NCBI RefSeq assembly: GCF_013149785.1
Contig: NZ_JABEZU010000001.1
Location: 248,001-312,000 of the forward strand
Direction: 5' to 3'
From: Isoptericola halotolerans
GTDB lineage: Bacteria; Actinomycetota; Actinomycetes; Actinomycetales; Cellulomonadaceae
Length of the DNA: 64,000 nucleotides
In this document: in pieces, positions 29,679 through 39,099 of the stretch
How the letters are laid out: every line of letters starts with the position of its first letter
Numbering within the stretch: the stretch's first letter is position 1
Notes under the pieces: generated by a model
Told to the model about the DNA's origin: nothing
Seen by the model: the letters and a program-made list of their open reading frames with translations, nothing else
Databases searched by the model: none
Made by a program: the position numbers and the translations under genes

Positions 29679-29709
29679 TTGACCCCGACGCGACGTCATA
29701 GTTCTCACT
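29679..29709 (+). promoter_or_regulatory. MerR-type promoter with dyad in a 19-bp spacer
   Basis: TTGACC, 19-bp spacer containing GACG-CGA-CGTC, weak -10 CTCACT, ATG 6 nt later. Confidence 0.65.
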
Positions 29710-29715
29710 GGTCCC

Positions 29716-30972
29716 ATGAGACTCGTACCCGTCGCCTACCTGGCGTCCTACACGCTGTCCCTGCTGGGCAACTCCATCGCCGGGATCGCGCTTCCGCTGA
29801 TCGTGCTCCAGATGACCGGGAGCGTCCTGGGGATGGGGGCGCTCGCCGCGGCGACCGCCGTCCCCGCGGTGCTCGCCGGCCTCTTCATGGGCGTGGTGAT
29901 CGACCGGATCAACCGGCGCACGTCCTCCGTGCTCACCGACCTCGTCTCCGCGGCGGCGATCGCGGCCCTGCCGGTCGTCGACCTGATCACCGGGCTGAAC
30001 CTCGGCTGGTTCATCCTGTTCGGGATCATCGGCTCCGTCGGGGACGTGCCGGGCTTGACCGCGAGGGACGCCCTGCTGCCCGCGATCGTGCGGCACGGCA
30101 AGGTCTCCTCCGAGCGACTGATGGGCATGCGGGAGAGCCTGGGGGCGGTGGCGATGCTGATCGGCCCGGCGGCCGCAGGCACCCTCATGGTGCTGTTCGA
30201 CGGGTCGACCGTGCTGTGGATCACCGCGGCGACGTCCCTGCTCGCCGCACTGCTCACGCTGCTCATCCCGCACCGGGTCGGTGACATCGCCCGCGACCTC
30301 CCCGAGGCCGACGCGGACGCCGTGCCGGCGAGCGGGTGGACCCAGCTGCGAGAAGGCTGGCGCGTGCTGTTCCGCAGCCGCTTCCTGATGGCGACCACGC
30401 TGCTCAGCCTTGCCTCCGTGGTGGTGCTCGCCGCGCTGCAGGCGCTGGTCCTGCCGGTCTACTTCACGCTCGCCGACCAGCCGGGCATGCTCGGCTACGT
30501 CCTGACGGCCCTGGCGGCCGGGATGCTCCTCGGCGGTGGCTCCTACGCGCTGTTCGGTACGCGGGGGCGGCGCCGGTGGTGGTTCGTCACCGGGATCGTC
30601 GGGACCACGGTCGGGTTCGCCGTCGTCGCGACGCTCGCCTCGGTGTGGGTGGTGTTCGCCGGCGCGTTCGTCGTCGGGCTGTCCGGCGGGCTGTTCAGCA
30701 GCCTCGTCGGCGTGCTGATGATCGAACGGATCCCCGAGCAGATGCGCGGGCGCGTCATGGGGACGCAGAACTCCATGATGACCGCCGCGCCACCGCTCGG
30801 CATCGTCATCGCTGCCGTCATCACCGAGTTCGTCAGCCTCGACGCAGCAGCGATCACGCTCGCGGGCGTGTGGCTCGTCGCCGCGGTGGTCGGGCTGCTC
30901 GCCCGGTCCTTGCGTAACCTGGAACGGCCAGAGGGGCCGTCCACAGGGACACAGAGGGGACGACGGTGGTGA
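29716..30972 (+). CDS. MFS efflux transporter (DHA3/Tap-Mef-like)
   Basis: About 12 TM; GVVIDRINRR motif A and IPEQMRGRVMG. Confidence 0.85.
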   Translation: MRLVPVAYLASYTLSLLGNSIAGIALPLIVLQMTGSVLGMGALAAATAVPAVLAGLFMGVVIDRINRRTSSVLTDLVSAAAIAALPVVDLITGLNLGWFILFGIIGSVGDVPGLTARDALLPAIVRHGKVSSERLMGMRESLGAVAMLIGPAAAGTLMVLFDGSTVLWITAATSLLAALLTLLIPHRVGDIARDLPEADADAVPASGWTQLREGWRVLFRSRFLMATTLLSLASVVVLAALQALVLPVYFTLADQPGMLGYVLTALAAGMLLGGGSYALFGTRGRRRWWFVTGIVGTTVGFAVVATLASVWVVFAGAFVVGLSGGLFSSLVGVLMIERIPEQMRGRVMGTQNSMMTAAPPLGIVIAAVITEFVSLDAAAITLAGVWLVAAVVGLLARSLRNLERPEGPSTGTQRGRRW

Positions 30973-30978
30973 CGAACG

Positions 30979-31809
30979 GTGCATAGCAACGAGCTGGCCC
31001 GGCTCGCCGGGGTGTCCGTCCGGACGCTGCGCCACTACCACCAGGTAGGCGTCCTCGACGAGCCTGAGCGGAGCAGCAACGGGTATCGCCGCTACGACGT
31101 GCGCGACCTGGTGCGCGTGCTGCGGATCCGACGGCTCGCCGCCCTCGGGATCCCGCTCGACCAGGTGCCGGCCCTGCTGGAGAACGCGGAGGCCGGCGGT
31201 GCGGGGGGCGAGTCGGGTGAGCTCCTGGACGAGCTGGATCGTGAGCTGGCCGGTCAGATGGACCGGCTGGCCCGCCAGCGGGCGGTGATCGCCCAGCTGC
31301 GCGACCACCACGTGGCCCCCGACCTGCCACCCGAGCTGGCGCCGTTCTTCGGCGTCCACCCGTCGATGGGCATCCTGGCCAGGATCGACCGTGACCAGGC
31401 GGTGCTGCTGGCCCACCTGGCCGGCGAGGAGGGGATGCCGCACCTGGCCGGCCTCTACGAGAGGCTCGGCGACGCCGTCCTCGACGCGAGGGGGAACGAC
31501 CTGCCGGAGCGCTTCGAGCGGCTCGGACCCACCAGCCCCGACGGGGAGATCTCGGCACTGGTCGAGGACTACCTGGAGGTCTACGGTCCGGTCGTGGACG
31601 AGCTCGCCGCGGCCGAGCTCCCGCTCGACCTGAGCGGGTCCGAGGAGGTCCTCACCGAGTACACCGACGCGGTGCTCAACGAGCAGCAGCTGCGGGCGTA
31701 CCGGCTGCTCGAGTCCCGGATCCTCTCGCGGACCTCGGAGAATGCGGTTGACGACGAGCCGCCGCCGGTGACAGCCTCGACGTCGTCCCCGCGGGCAGGC
31801 CGCGTGTGA
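30979..31809 (+). CDS. MerR-family regulator
   Basis: ELARLAGVSVRTLRHYHQVG..EPERSSNGYRRY. Confidence 0.9.
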   Translation: MHSNELARLAGVSVRTLRHYHQVGVLDEPERSSNGYRRYDVRDLVRVLRIRRLAALGIPLDQVPALLENAEAGGAGGESGELLDELDRELAGQMDRLARQRAVIAQLRDHHVAPDLPPELAPFFGVHPSMGILARIDRDQAVLLAHLAGEEGMPHLAGLYERLGDAVLDARGNDLPERFERLGPTSPDGEISALVEDYLEVYGPVVDELAAAELPLDLSGSEEVLTEYTDAVLNEQQLRAYRLLESRILSRTSENAVDDEPPPVTASTSSPRAGRV

Positions 31810-31958
31810 GAGGGGGCGGACGGAAGGTGAGTCGGGTGACGGACACGCACGGCGGTCCCACGACCTCGCGCTGACCCCTGCTCGCCCGCACCCGGACCGG
31901 TGCACCCCCGGTGGGTGGACGACGTCGGCGCACGCCATCGCGTCCCCTGGAGCCACCC

Positions 31959-33620
31959 GTGCCCCTCACCCCCGCCGTCGTCCTGCGCGACCTCACGTTC
32001 TCCTGGCCCGACGGGTCCACCCCCGTCGCCGGTGTCTCCGGTACCTTCACCCCCGGCCGCACCGGCCTCGTCGGTCTGAACGGCACCGGCAAGTCGACCC
32101 TGCTGCGCCTGGTCGCCGGTCGGCTGACGCCCACCTCGGGGACGGTGACGGTCGCCGGCACCGCCGACTACCTGCCGCAACGCCTCACCCTGGACACCGA
32201 CGCGACGGTCGCCGACCTGCTCGGCGTGCGTGCCGTCGTCGACGCCGTGCGGGCCATCGCCGACGGCGACGTCCGTCCCGAGCTGTTCGACGTCGTCGGC
32301 GTGGACGGGTGGGACCTGGAGGAACGAGCCGTCGCCGCGCTCGCCGGCGCGGACGTCCTGCCCGCCTCAGCCACCGGGGTGCTCGACCGTCGGGTCGGGA
32401 CCCTGTCCGGGGGTGAGGCCGTGCTCGTCGCGATCACCGGCATCCGGCTGGGCGGCGCCGACGTCGCCCTGCTCGACGAGCCGACGAACAACCTGGACGG
32501 CTCGGCCCGTGAGCGCCTCCACGAGCTGGTGCGCACCTGGCGCGGCGCGCTCGTGGTGATCTCGCACGACCGCGAGCTGCTCGAGCTGGTCGACACCACG
32601 GCGGAGCTGCGCACGGGCGCGCTGACCACGTACGGCGGCACCTACTCGCAGTACGAGGACCACCTCGCCGGGCAGCAGGAGGCCGCGCGCTCGGCGCTGC
32701 GCGACGCCGAGCAGACGCTGCGGCGCGAGAAACGGCAGCGCATCGACACGCAGGAGCGCATCGCCCACTCCGAGCGCCAGGGTCGCAAGGACGCCGCGAA
32801 CCGCAAGTACGTCAAGGCGGTCGTCGACGACCGCCGCAACGCCGCCCAGAAGTCGCAGGGATCCCGGCGGGGCGCCGCCGCGGAGGCCGAGTCGCGGGCC
32901 CGTGAGGCCGTGGCGGTCGCGGAGCGTGCCGTGCGCGACGACGACCGCATCGTCGTCGACCTGCCCGACCCCGACGTCCCGGCCGGGCGCAGGCTCGCGG
33001 TGCTGCGCGGGGCCGACGGGCGCGAGACGGTGATCGCGGGCCCGGAGCGGGTCGCCCTGACCGGGCCCAACGGCGTGGGCAAGACGACGCTGCTGGAACG
33101 CCTCGTCCGCGGCGGCGGGGCCGGGCGCGGCGGCGGCACGCGCGCCACGGCGCAGCCGCTCACGGAGCGCGTCGGCTACCTGCCGCAACGCCTCGACGGG
33201 CTCGACGACGGCGCGACCGTGCTCGACGAGGTGCGCCGCCGGGCGCCGCACGTGGCGCCGCGGGAGCTGCGCAACCGTCTGGCGCGGTTCCTCGTGCGGG
33301 GCGACCAGGTCGACCGGCCGGTGGGCACCCTCTCGGGCGGGGAACGGTTCCGGGTGGCGCTGGCCGGCGTGCTGCTCGGCGACCCCCCGGCCCAGCTCCT
33401 CGTGCTGGACGAGCCGACCAACAACCTGGACCTGGCCAGCACGGACCAGCTCGTGCAGGCGTTGTCGTCCTACCGCGGCGGCCTGCTGGTGGTCAGCCAC
33501 GACCGGGCGTTCCTGCGGCGGCTCGGGCTGACCGGCGAGCTGGTGCTCGGGGCGGACGGGTCGCTGGTCGCGAGTCGCCCGCTCGCCGACGTCGCGCAGG
33601 GCGGCCCCGCAGGACGTTGA
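31959..33620 (+). CDS. ABC-F family ATPase
   Basis: Two ABC cassettes (GLNGTGKST/LSGGE/LDEPTNNLD, repeated), charged helical linker, no TM segments. Confidence 0.9.
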   Translation: MPLTPAVVLRDLTFSWPDGSTPVAGVSGTFTPGRTGLVGLNGTGKSTLLRLVAGRLTPTSGTVTVAGTADYLPQRLTLDTDATVADLLGVRAVVDAVRAIADGDVRPELFDVVGVDGWDLEERAVAALAGADVLPASATGVLDRRVGTLSGGEAVLVAITGIRLGGADVALLDEPTNNLDGSARERLHELVRTWRGALVVISHDRELLELVDTTAELRTGALTTYGGTYSQYEDHLAGQQEAARSALRDAEQTLRREKRQRIDTQERIAHSERQGRKDAANRKYVKAVVDDRRNAAQKSQGSRRGAAAEAESRAREAVAVAERAVRDDDRIVVDLPDPDVPAGRRLAVLRGADGRETVIAGPERVALTGPNGVGKTTLLERLVRGGGAGRGGGTRATAQPLTERVGYLPQRLDGLDDGATVLDEVRRRAPHVAPRELRNRLARFLVRGDQVDRPVGTLSGGERFRVALAGVLLGDPPAQLLVLDEPTNNLDLASTDQLVQALSSYRGGLLVVSHDRAFLRRLGLTGELVLGADGSLVASRPLADVAQGGPAGR

Positions 33621-33677
33621 CAAGTGGGGAAGGTGCGGGTCACACTTGCTCAATCGATTGACTGCTCAATCGATTGA
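33617..33677 (+). promoter_or_regulatory. Promoter with two tandem LacI-type operators TCAATCGATTGA
   Basis: TTGACA (33617), 18 bp, CACACT (33641). Perfect palindromes at 33650-33661 and 33666-33677. Confidence 0.8.
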
Positions 33678-33696
33678 ACCGGTAAGGAGGCCGATC

Positions 33697-34761
33697 ATGG
33701 CGCGAGCGCGGATCTCGGACGTGGCCCAGGTGGCCGGCGTCTCCACGAGCACCGTCTCCCTCGTGCTCAACGGCCGCACCCAGCGCATCTCGCCCGCCAC
33801 GCAGGACCGCGTCCGCGAGGCCGCCACCACCGTCGGCTACACGCCCAACTCCGTCGCGCGCGGGCTGCGCACCCAGCGCACCCGGACCCTCGGTCTCGTC
33901 TCCGACCAGATCGCCACCACCCCCTTCGCCGGACGCATGCTCGCCGGCGCCCAGGAGGTCGCGCACGAGCACGGCCACCTGCTCTTCCTCGTCAACACCG
34001 ACGGTGACGCCGCGGTGGAGGCCGAGGCGGTGCAGGCGCTCACCGGTCACCAGGTGGACGGCCTGGTCTACGCCGCGATGTGGCACCGCGTCGTCGACGC
34101 CCCCGCCGGGCTGCCGGCGGGGACCGTCTTCCTCGACTGCCGGCCGGCCACCGGCGGGTACCCCGCCGTCGTCCCCGACGACCGGGCGGGCGGCCGTGAC
34201 GCCACCCGACTGCTCGTGGAGGCCGGGCACCGGCGGATCGCCTACGTCGACGTCGACGAGGACAGCCCGCCGATCGCGTCCGCCCTGCGGCACGAGGGGT
34301 ACCTCGAGGTTCTCGCCGAGGCGGGCATCCGGCCCGACCCGGCGCTCCACGTGCGGTACGAGTCGTCGGCCGCCGGCGGTCGCGCAGCGATGGTGGAGCT
34401 TCTCGACCTGCCCGCCGAGCGCCGTCCGACGGCGATCTTCTGCTTCAACGACCGCATGGCCGCCGGCGTCTACGTCGCCGCTCACCGCCGGGGGCTCGAC
34501 ATCCCCGGCGACCTCTCCGTCGTCGGCTACGACGACCAACAGCTCGTCGCCGGGGAGCTCGACCCGCCCCTGACGACCATCGCCCTGCCCCATGCACAGA
34601 TGGGGCGCTGGGCCACCGAGGTCGCGCTCGGGGTGCGCAAGCCCCCCGAGGACGACCAGCCCCACCTCATGCCGTGCCCGGTCGTGCACCGGGACTCGGT
34701 GGGTCCGCCGCCGGCAGCAGCGCCAACTCCGGCCGGCGACGGACCTGGAACCACCCCCTGA
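33697..34761 (+). CDS. LacI-family regulator
   Basis: ISDVAQVAGVSTSTVSLVLN HTH. RBS AAGGAGG. Confidence 0.92.
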   Translation: MARARISDVAQVAGVSTSTVSLVLNGRTQRISPATQDRVREAATTVGYTPNSVARGLRTQRTRTLGLVSDQIATTPFAGRMLAGAQEVAHEHGHLLFLVNTDGDAAVEAEAVQALTGHQVDGLVYAAMWHRVVDAPAGLPAGTVFLDCRPATGGYPAVVPDDRAGGRDATRLLVEAGHRRIAYVDVDEDSPPIASALRHEGYLEVLAEAGIRPDPALHVRYESSAAGGRAAMVELLDLPAERRPTAIFCFNDRMAAGVYVAAHRRGLDIPGDLSVVGYDDQQLVAGELDPPLTTIALPHAQMGRWATEVALGVRKPPEDDQPHLMPCPVVHRDSVGPPPAAAPTPAGDGPGTTP

Positions 34762-34788
34762 CCGTCCGGTCGACCGACCGGACGGTCA
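34759..34788. other. Intercistronic stem-loop
   Basis: TGACCGTCCGGTCG-ac-CGACCGGACGGTCA, 14-bp perfect inverted repeat. Confidence 0.6.
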
Positions 34789-34838
34789 CAGAGCGAGTGT
34801 CGCGGCGCTGATGCCGCGACACCTGGAAGGAACTCCAG

Positions 34839-36131
34839 ATGAACCGCAGATCCCTCGCGACGATCGTATCCGCCTCCGCCGTCTCAGCACTCGCCCTCAC
34901 CGGGTGCGGGCAGGCAGGCCAGGGCGACACCACCCCGGACGGCGACGGCCCGGTCGAGCTGACCATGTGGACGCACTCGGCCGGCAACCCCGCCGAGCTC
35001 GAGGTCTACGAGCAGATCATCGCCGACTTCAACGCCTCGCAGGACGACTACGAGGTCGTCACCGAGGCCTTCCCCCAGGGCGCCTACAACGACGCCATCG
35101 TGGCCGCCGCCGCGGCGAACGACCTGCCCTGCCTGCTCGACATGGACGGGCCCATCGTCCCGAACTGGGCGTGGGCGGGGTACATCCAGCCGCTCGACCT
35201 CGACCCGGCCGTCACCGACTCCCTCCTGCCGACCGCCGTGGGCACCTACCAGGACGAGATCTACTCCGCGGGCTACTGGGACGCGGCCCTGGCGATCTTC
35301 GCCCGGCAGTCGGTCCTCGAGGACAACGGCATCCGCATCCCGACCGCCGACGACCCGTGGAGCGTCGACGAGCTCGACGAGGCGCTCGCCACCCTGCAGG
35401 ACGCGGGCTACGACACGCCCCTCGACATCGGCGCCGAGGACACCGGCGAGTGGTGGTCCTACGCCTACTCGCCGATGCTGCAGAGCGCGGGGGGCGACCT
35501 CGTCGACCGTGACACCATGCTCACCGCCGACGGTGCGCTGAACGGCCCCGAGGCCGTGGACTTCTTCACCTGGTTCCAGGGCGCCTTCGAGCAGGGCTGG
35601 GCCAGCGACTCGGGCACGGTCGGCAACGAGGAGTTCAACAACGACGAGGTCGCCCTGAGCTACACGGGCGTGTGGAACGCGATGGACTCCCTCGACGCGG
35701 TCGGCGACGACCTGCTCATCCTGCCCCCGCCGGACTTCGGCGACGGCCCGCGCATCGGTGGCGGCTCCTGGCAGTGGGGGATCTCCTCGACCTGCAACGC
35801 GCCCGACGGTGCGCGCGCCTACCTGGAGTTCAGCTTCGCCGACGAGTACGTCACGGCGTTCGCCGACAACCAGGTCGTCATCCCGGCCACCCCCGGCGCC
35901 GTCGAGGCCTCCGTGCACTTCTCGCCCGACGGCGACCTGCGCCCCTTCGTGGAGCTGTCGGAGCGTTTCGCGCTCCTGCGACCGGAGACGCCCGCGTACC
36001 CGGTGATCTCCTCGACCTTCGAGAAGGCGGCGAAGGACATCATGAACGGCGCGGACATCCCCTCCACGCTCGACGGCGCCGTCGCCGAGATCGACGCCAA
36101 CATCGAGTCCAACGACGGGTACGGCTTCTGA
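34839..36131 (+). CDS. Oligosaccharide ABC substrate-binding lipoprotein
   Basis: Lipobox LTGC; CUT1-type features (LPCLLDMDGP, RPETPAYP). Confidence 0.88.
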   Translation: MNRRSLATIVSASAVSALALTGCGQAGQGDTTPDGDGPVELTMWTHSAGNPAELEVYEQIIADFNASQDDYEVVTEAFPQGAYNDAIVAAAAANDLPCLLDMDGPIVPNWAWAGYIQPLDLDPAVTDSLLPTAVGTYQDEIYSAGYWDAALAIFARQSVLEDNGIRIPTADDPWSVDELDEALATLQDAGYDTPLDIGAEDTGEWWSYAYSPMLQSAGGDLVDRDTMLTADGALNGPEAVDFFTWFQGAFEQGWASDSGTVGNEEFNNDEVALSYTGVWNAMDSLDAVGDDLLILPPPDFGDGPRIGGGSWQWGISSTCNAPDGARAYLEFSFADEYVTAFADNQVVIPATPGAVEASVHFSPDGDLRPFVELSERFALLRPETPAYPVISSTFEKAAKDIMNGADIPSTLDGAVAEIDANIESNDGYGF

Positions 36132-36147
36132 GCCGTCCCTCCTGACC

Positions 36148-36185
36148 GGCGCGGGGCGGAACCCCTCGGGCGACCGCCCCGCGCC
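36148..36185 (+). other. Stem-loop after the SBP gene (mRNA stabiliser or attenuator)
   Basis: GGCGCGGGGCGG...CCGCCCCGCGCC, 12-bp stem. Confidence 0.55.
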
Positions 36186-36201
36186 CGGACGGAGCAGACC
36201 C

Positions 36202-37176
36202 ATGACCACTCCCACCAGCACCCCTGTGCCCCCGCACGCGAGCCGACCCGGGGACCGTGCACCCGCCGCCGCCGCCGGCCGCCGCCACGGCACCCGTGCC
36301 GCTCGACGCCGCGAAGGCCGCGCCGGGTTCGGCATGGCCGCACCGGCGCTCGTCCTCCTGCTGCTGTTCCTCGTGATCCCGGTGCTCCTCGCGTTCGGGC
36401 TGTCGTTCACCAACGCCCGGCTCATCTCGCCCAACCCGCCGCGGTTCGTCGGCCTGGACAACTTCCTGCGGGCGTTCACCGCGGACCCGGTGTTCCTGCG
36501 GTCGATGCTCAACACCTTCGTCTTCGCGGCCGTCGTCGTCCCGGTGCAGGCGGCCCTCGGTCTGCTCCTCGCGGTGCTGGTGAACCAGAAGATCCGCGGC
36601 GTGACCGCCTTCCGGGTCATCTTCTTCATCCCGGTCGTGACGTCGATCGTCGTCGTGTCGATCCTGTGGCGGTTCATGTACCAGGAGAACGGTCTGATCA
36701 ACTCGATGATCGACACGATCACCTTCGGGGCGTGGCAGGGCATGGCCTGGCTGAACGACCCGAGCACGGCGCTCGGCGCGATCATCGTGCTCTCGATCTG
36801 GCAGGCGGTGGGCTTCCACATGCTCATCTGGCTCTCCGGCCTGCAGACCATCCCGGAGGCGCTCTACGAGGCCGCGCGCATGGACGGGGCCACGCCCCGG
36901 CAGCAGTTCGCCAACGTCACCTGGCCGGGTCTGCACTCGACCATGGTCTTCGTGCTCGTCACGATCACGATCGCCGCCCTGGGCCTGTTCGTGCAGGTCG
37001 ACGTCATGACGCAGGGCGGACCGGTGAATTCCACCTCGACGCTCGTCTACCACGCCGTGCGCAAGGGCTACCGGGAGCTGGAGACGGGCTACGGCGCCAC
37101 CATCTCGCTCATCTTCTTCGTCCTGGTGCTGATCATCGCGCTGGTCCAGCGGCACCTGACCCGAGACAAGGACTGA
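36202..37176 (+). CDS. Carbohydrate ABC permease (MalF-like)
   Basis: FVGLDNF and LYEAARMDGA (EAA motif). Confidence 0.92.
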   Translation: MTTPTSTPVPPHASRPGDRAPAAAAGRRHGTRAARRREGRAGFGMAAPALVLLLLFLVIPVLLAFGLSFTNARLISPNPPRFVGLDNFLRAFTADPVFLRSMLNTFVFAAVVVPVQAALGLLLAVLVNQKIRGVTAFRVIFFIPVVTSIVVVSILWRFMYQENGLINSMIDTITFGAWQGMAWLNDPSTALGAIIVLSIWQAVGFHMLIWLSGLQTIPEALYEAARMDGATPRQQFANVTWPGLHSTMVFVLVTITIAALGLFVQVDVMTQGGPVNSTSTLVYHAVRKGYRELETGYGATISLIFFVLVLIIALVQRHLTRDKD

Positions 37177-37178
37177 TC

Positions 37179-38090
37179 ATGACGACGCCCAGGACCGCTG
37201 CACCCCTCGCCGAGCACGACGTGCGCCGTCGGCGCAAGGTCTGGTCGTACGCCGCGATGAGCGTGCTGGCCGTGATCTTCCTCTTCCCGCTCGTCTTCAT
37301 GCTCGTCTCGAGCCTGAAGCCGGACTCCCAGATCCTGTCCGACATCGGCTCCCCGCAGGCCTTCCTGCCGGTGGGCGACATCAGCCTGGACAACTACTTC
37401 GGTGTGTTCGACCGCGTGCCGGTCAGCCGCTTCCTGTTCAACTCGGTGCTCGTCACCGTGCTGACCGTGGGGCTGGGCCTGATCGTGAACTCGATGGCGG
37501 GCTTCGCCCTGTCCCGGATGCGGTGGAAGGGGCGCTCGCTCGTGCTGAGCCTCGTCATCGCGACGCTCATCGTGCCGTTCGAGACGATCGCCGTGCCGAT
37601 GGTCTACTGGGTGTCCAAGCTGCCGACCCTCGTCCTGGAGGGCGGGGTGCCGAAGTACGACTTCGGCTGGCTGAACTCCTACCACGTGCAGATCGTGCCG
37701 TTCATCGCCAACGCGTTCGCGATCTTCCTGTTCACCCAGTACTTCTCGACGATCCCGAAGTCGTTGGACGAGGCCGCACGCATCGACGGCGCGGGCTGGT
37801 TCACCATCTACCGGCGCATCGTCGCCCCGCTGGCGGGGCCGGCGTTCGCGACCGTCGCGATCCTGACGTTCCTGCCGGCCTGGAACCAGTACCTGTGGCC
37901 CCTCATGGTCGTCCAGCAGGAGGACCTGCGCCCCGTCATGGTCGGCATGCAGTACTTCTTCCAGCTCAACACCGCCTGGGGCGAGGTCATGGCCTACACG
38001 TCCCTCATCACGATCCCCGTCCTCGTCGTCTTCCTGTCCTTCCAGCGTGCGTTCGTCTCCAGCGTCGCCGCGAGCGGGGTCAAGGGCTGA
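37179..38090 (+). CDS. Carbohydrate ABC permease (MalG-like)
   Basis: LDEAARIDGA and WNQYLWP motifs. Confidence 0.92.
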   Translation: MTTPRTAAPLAEHDVRRRRKVWSYAAMSVLAVIFLFPLVFMLVSSLKPDSQILSDIGSPQAFLPVGDISLDNYFGVFDRVPVSRFLFNSVLVTVLTVGLGLIVNSMAGFALSRMRWKGRSLVLSLVIATLIVPFETIAVPMVYWVSKLPTLVLEGGVPKYDFGWLNSYHVQIVPFIANAFAIFLFTQYFSTIPKSLDEAARIDGAGWFTIYRRIVAPLAGPAFATVAILTFLPAWNQYLWPLMVVQQEDLRPVMVGMQYFFQLNTAWGEVMAYTSLITIPVLVVFLSFQRAFVSSVAASGVKG

Positions 38091-38104
38091 CCCGAAAGGT
38101 ACTC

Positions 38105-39049
38105 ATGTTCACGCTTCCCGACTCCTGGGTGTGGGACTTCTGGTTCGCCGACGACGGCGACCGCCACCACCTGTTCTTCCTGTACGCCTCGCGGGCCCTG
38201 CACGACCCGGACGCCCGCCACTACCGCGCCTCGATCGGCCACGCGGTCTCGGACGACCTCGTGCACTGGGACCGGCTGCCCGACGCGCTGGTCCGCGGCG
38301 AGCAGGGCTCCTTCGACGACCTCGCCACCTGGACCGGCTCGGTGGTCCGGCACCCCGACGGCACCTGGTTCCTCTTCTACACCGGGGCGAGCCTCACGCC
38401 GGCCGGCAACGTGCAGCGCATCGGCTACGCGACGTCGTCGGACCTGACGACCTGGCACAAGTCGCCGGACAACCCGGTGCTGACCTCCGACGGCTCCTGG
38501 TACGAGACGCTGGCCGACGGCCAGTGGCACGACGAGGCGTTCCGCGACCCGTGGGTGCTGCCGGACCCTGACGGCGAGGGGTGGCACATGCTGCTGACCG
38601 CGCGCGGCCGCACGGGTGAGCCGTTCGAGCGGGGCGTCGTCGGGCACGCGCGGTCCGCCGACCTGCGCTCGTGGGAGCTGCGCCCGCCGCTGACGGACGT
38701 CGGGCAGGGCTTCGGGCAGCTCGAGGTCGTCCAGGTCGAGGAGGTCGACGGCCGTCCCGTGCTGCTGTTCTCCTGCCTCGCCTCCGACCGGCCGGACGAC
38801 CGGCGGGACGTGCCCGGCGGGGTGTGGGCCGTGCCCGCGGAGTCGTTGCTCGGCCCGTTCGACGTCGCCGGGGCGTACCCGCTGACCGGCGCGAGCCTGT
38901 ACAGCGGGCGCCTGGTGCGGGCCCGCGACGGCGGCTGGCGGTTCCTGGCGTTCCACCACGACGGTCCGGACGGGGAGTTCGTGGGGAGCATCAGCGACCC
39001 GATGCCCGTGCGCTGGGCGGGGGAGCGGCTCGTCGTCGGGCAGGGCTGA
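38105..39049 (+). CDS. Single-domain clan GH-J (GH32/GH68-like) beta-fructosidase
   Basis: WVWD, IGHAVS.DL..W, WTGS, FRDP and QLEV motifs; 314 aa; no signal peptide. Confidence 0.8.
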   Translation: MFTLPDSWVWDFWFADDGDRHHLFFLYASRALHDPDARHYRASIGHAVSDDLVHWDRLPDALVRGEQGSFDDLATWTGSVVRHPDGTWFLFYTGASLTPAGNVQRIGYATSSDLTTWHKSPDNPVLTSDGSWYETLADGQWHDEAFRDPWVLPDPDGEGWHMLLTARGRTGEPFERGVVGHARSADLRSWELRPPLTDVGQGFGQLEVVQVEEVDGRPVLLFSCLASDRPDDRRDVPGGVWAVPAESLLGPFDVAGAYPLTGASLYSGRLVRARDGGWRFLAFHHDGPDGEFVGSISDPMPVRWAGERLVVGQG

Positions 39050-39099
39050 CGACGAGCCGCGGCGGACCGCACCGAGACCGAGGTCCGAGGCGGTCGGCG

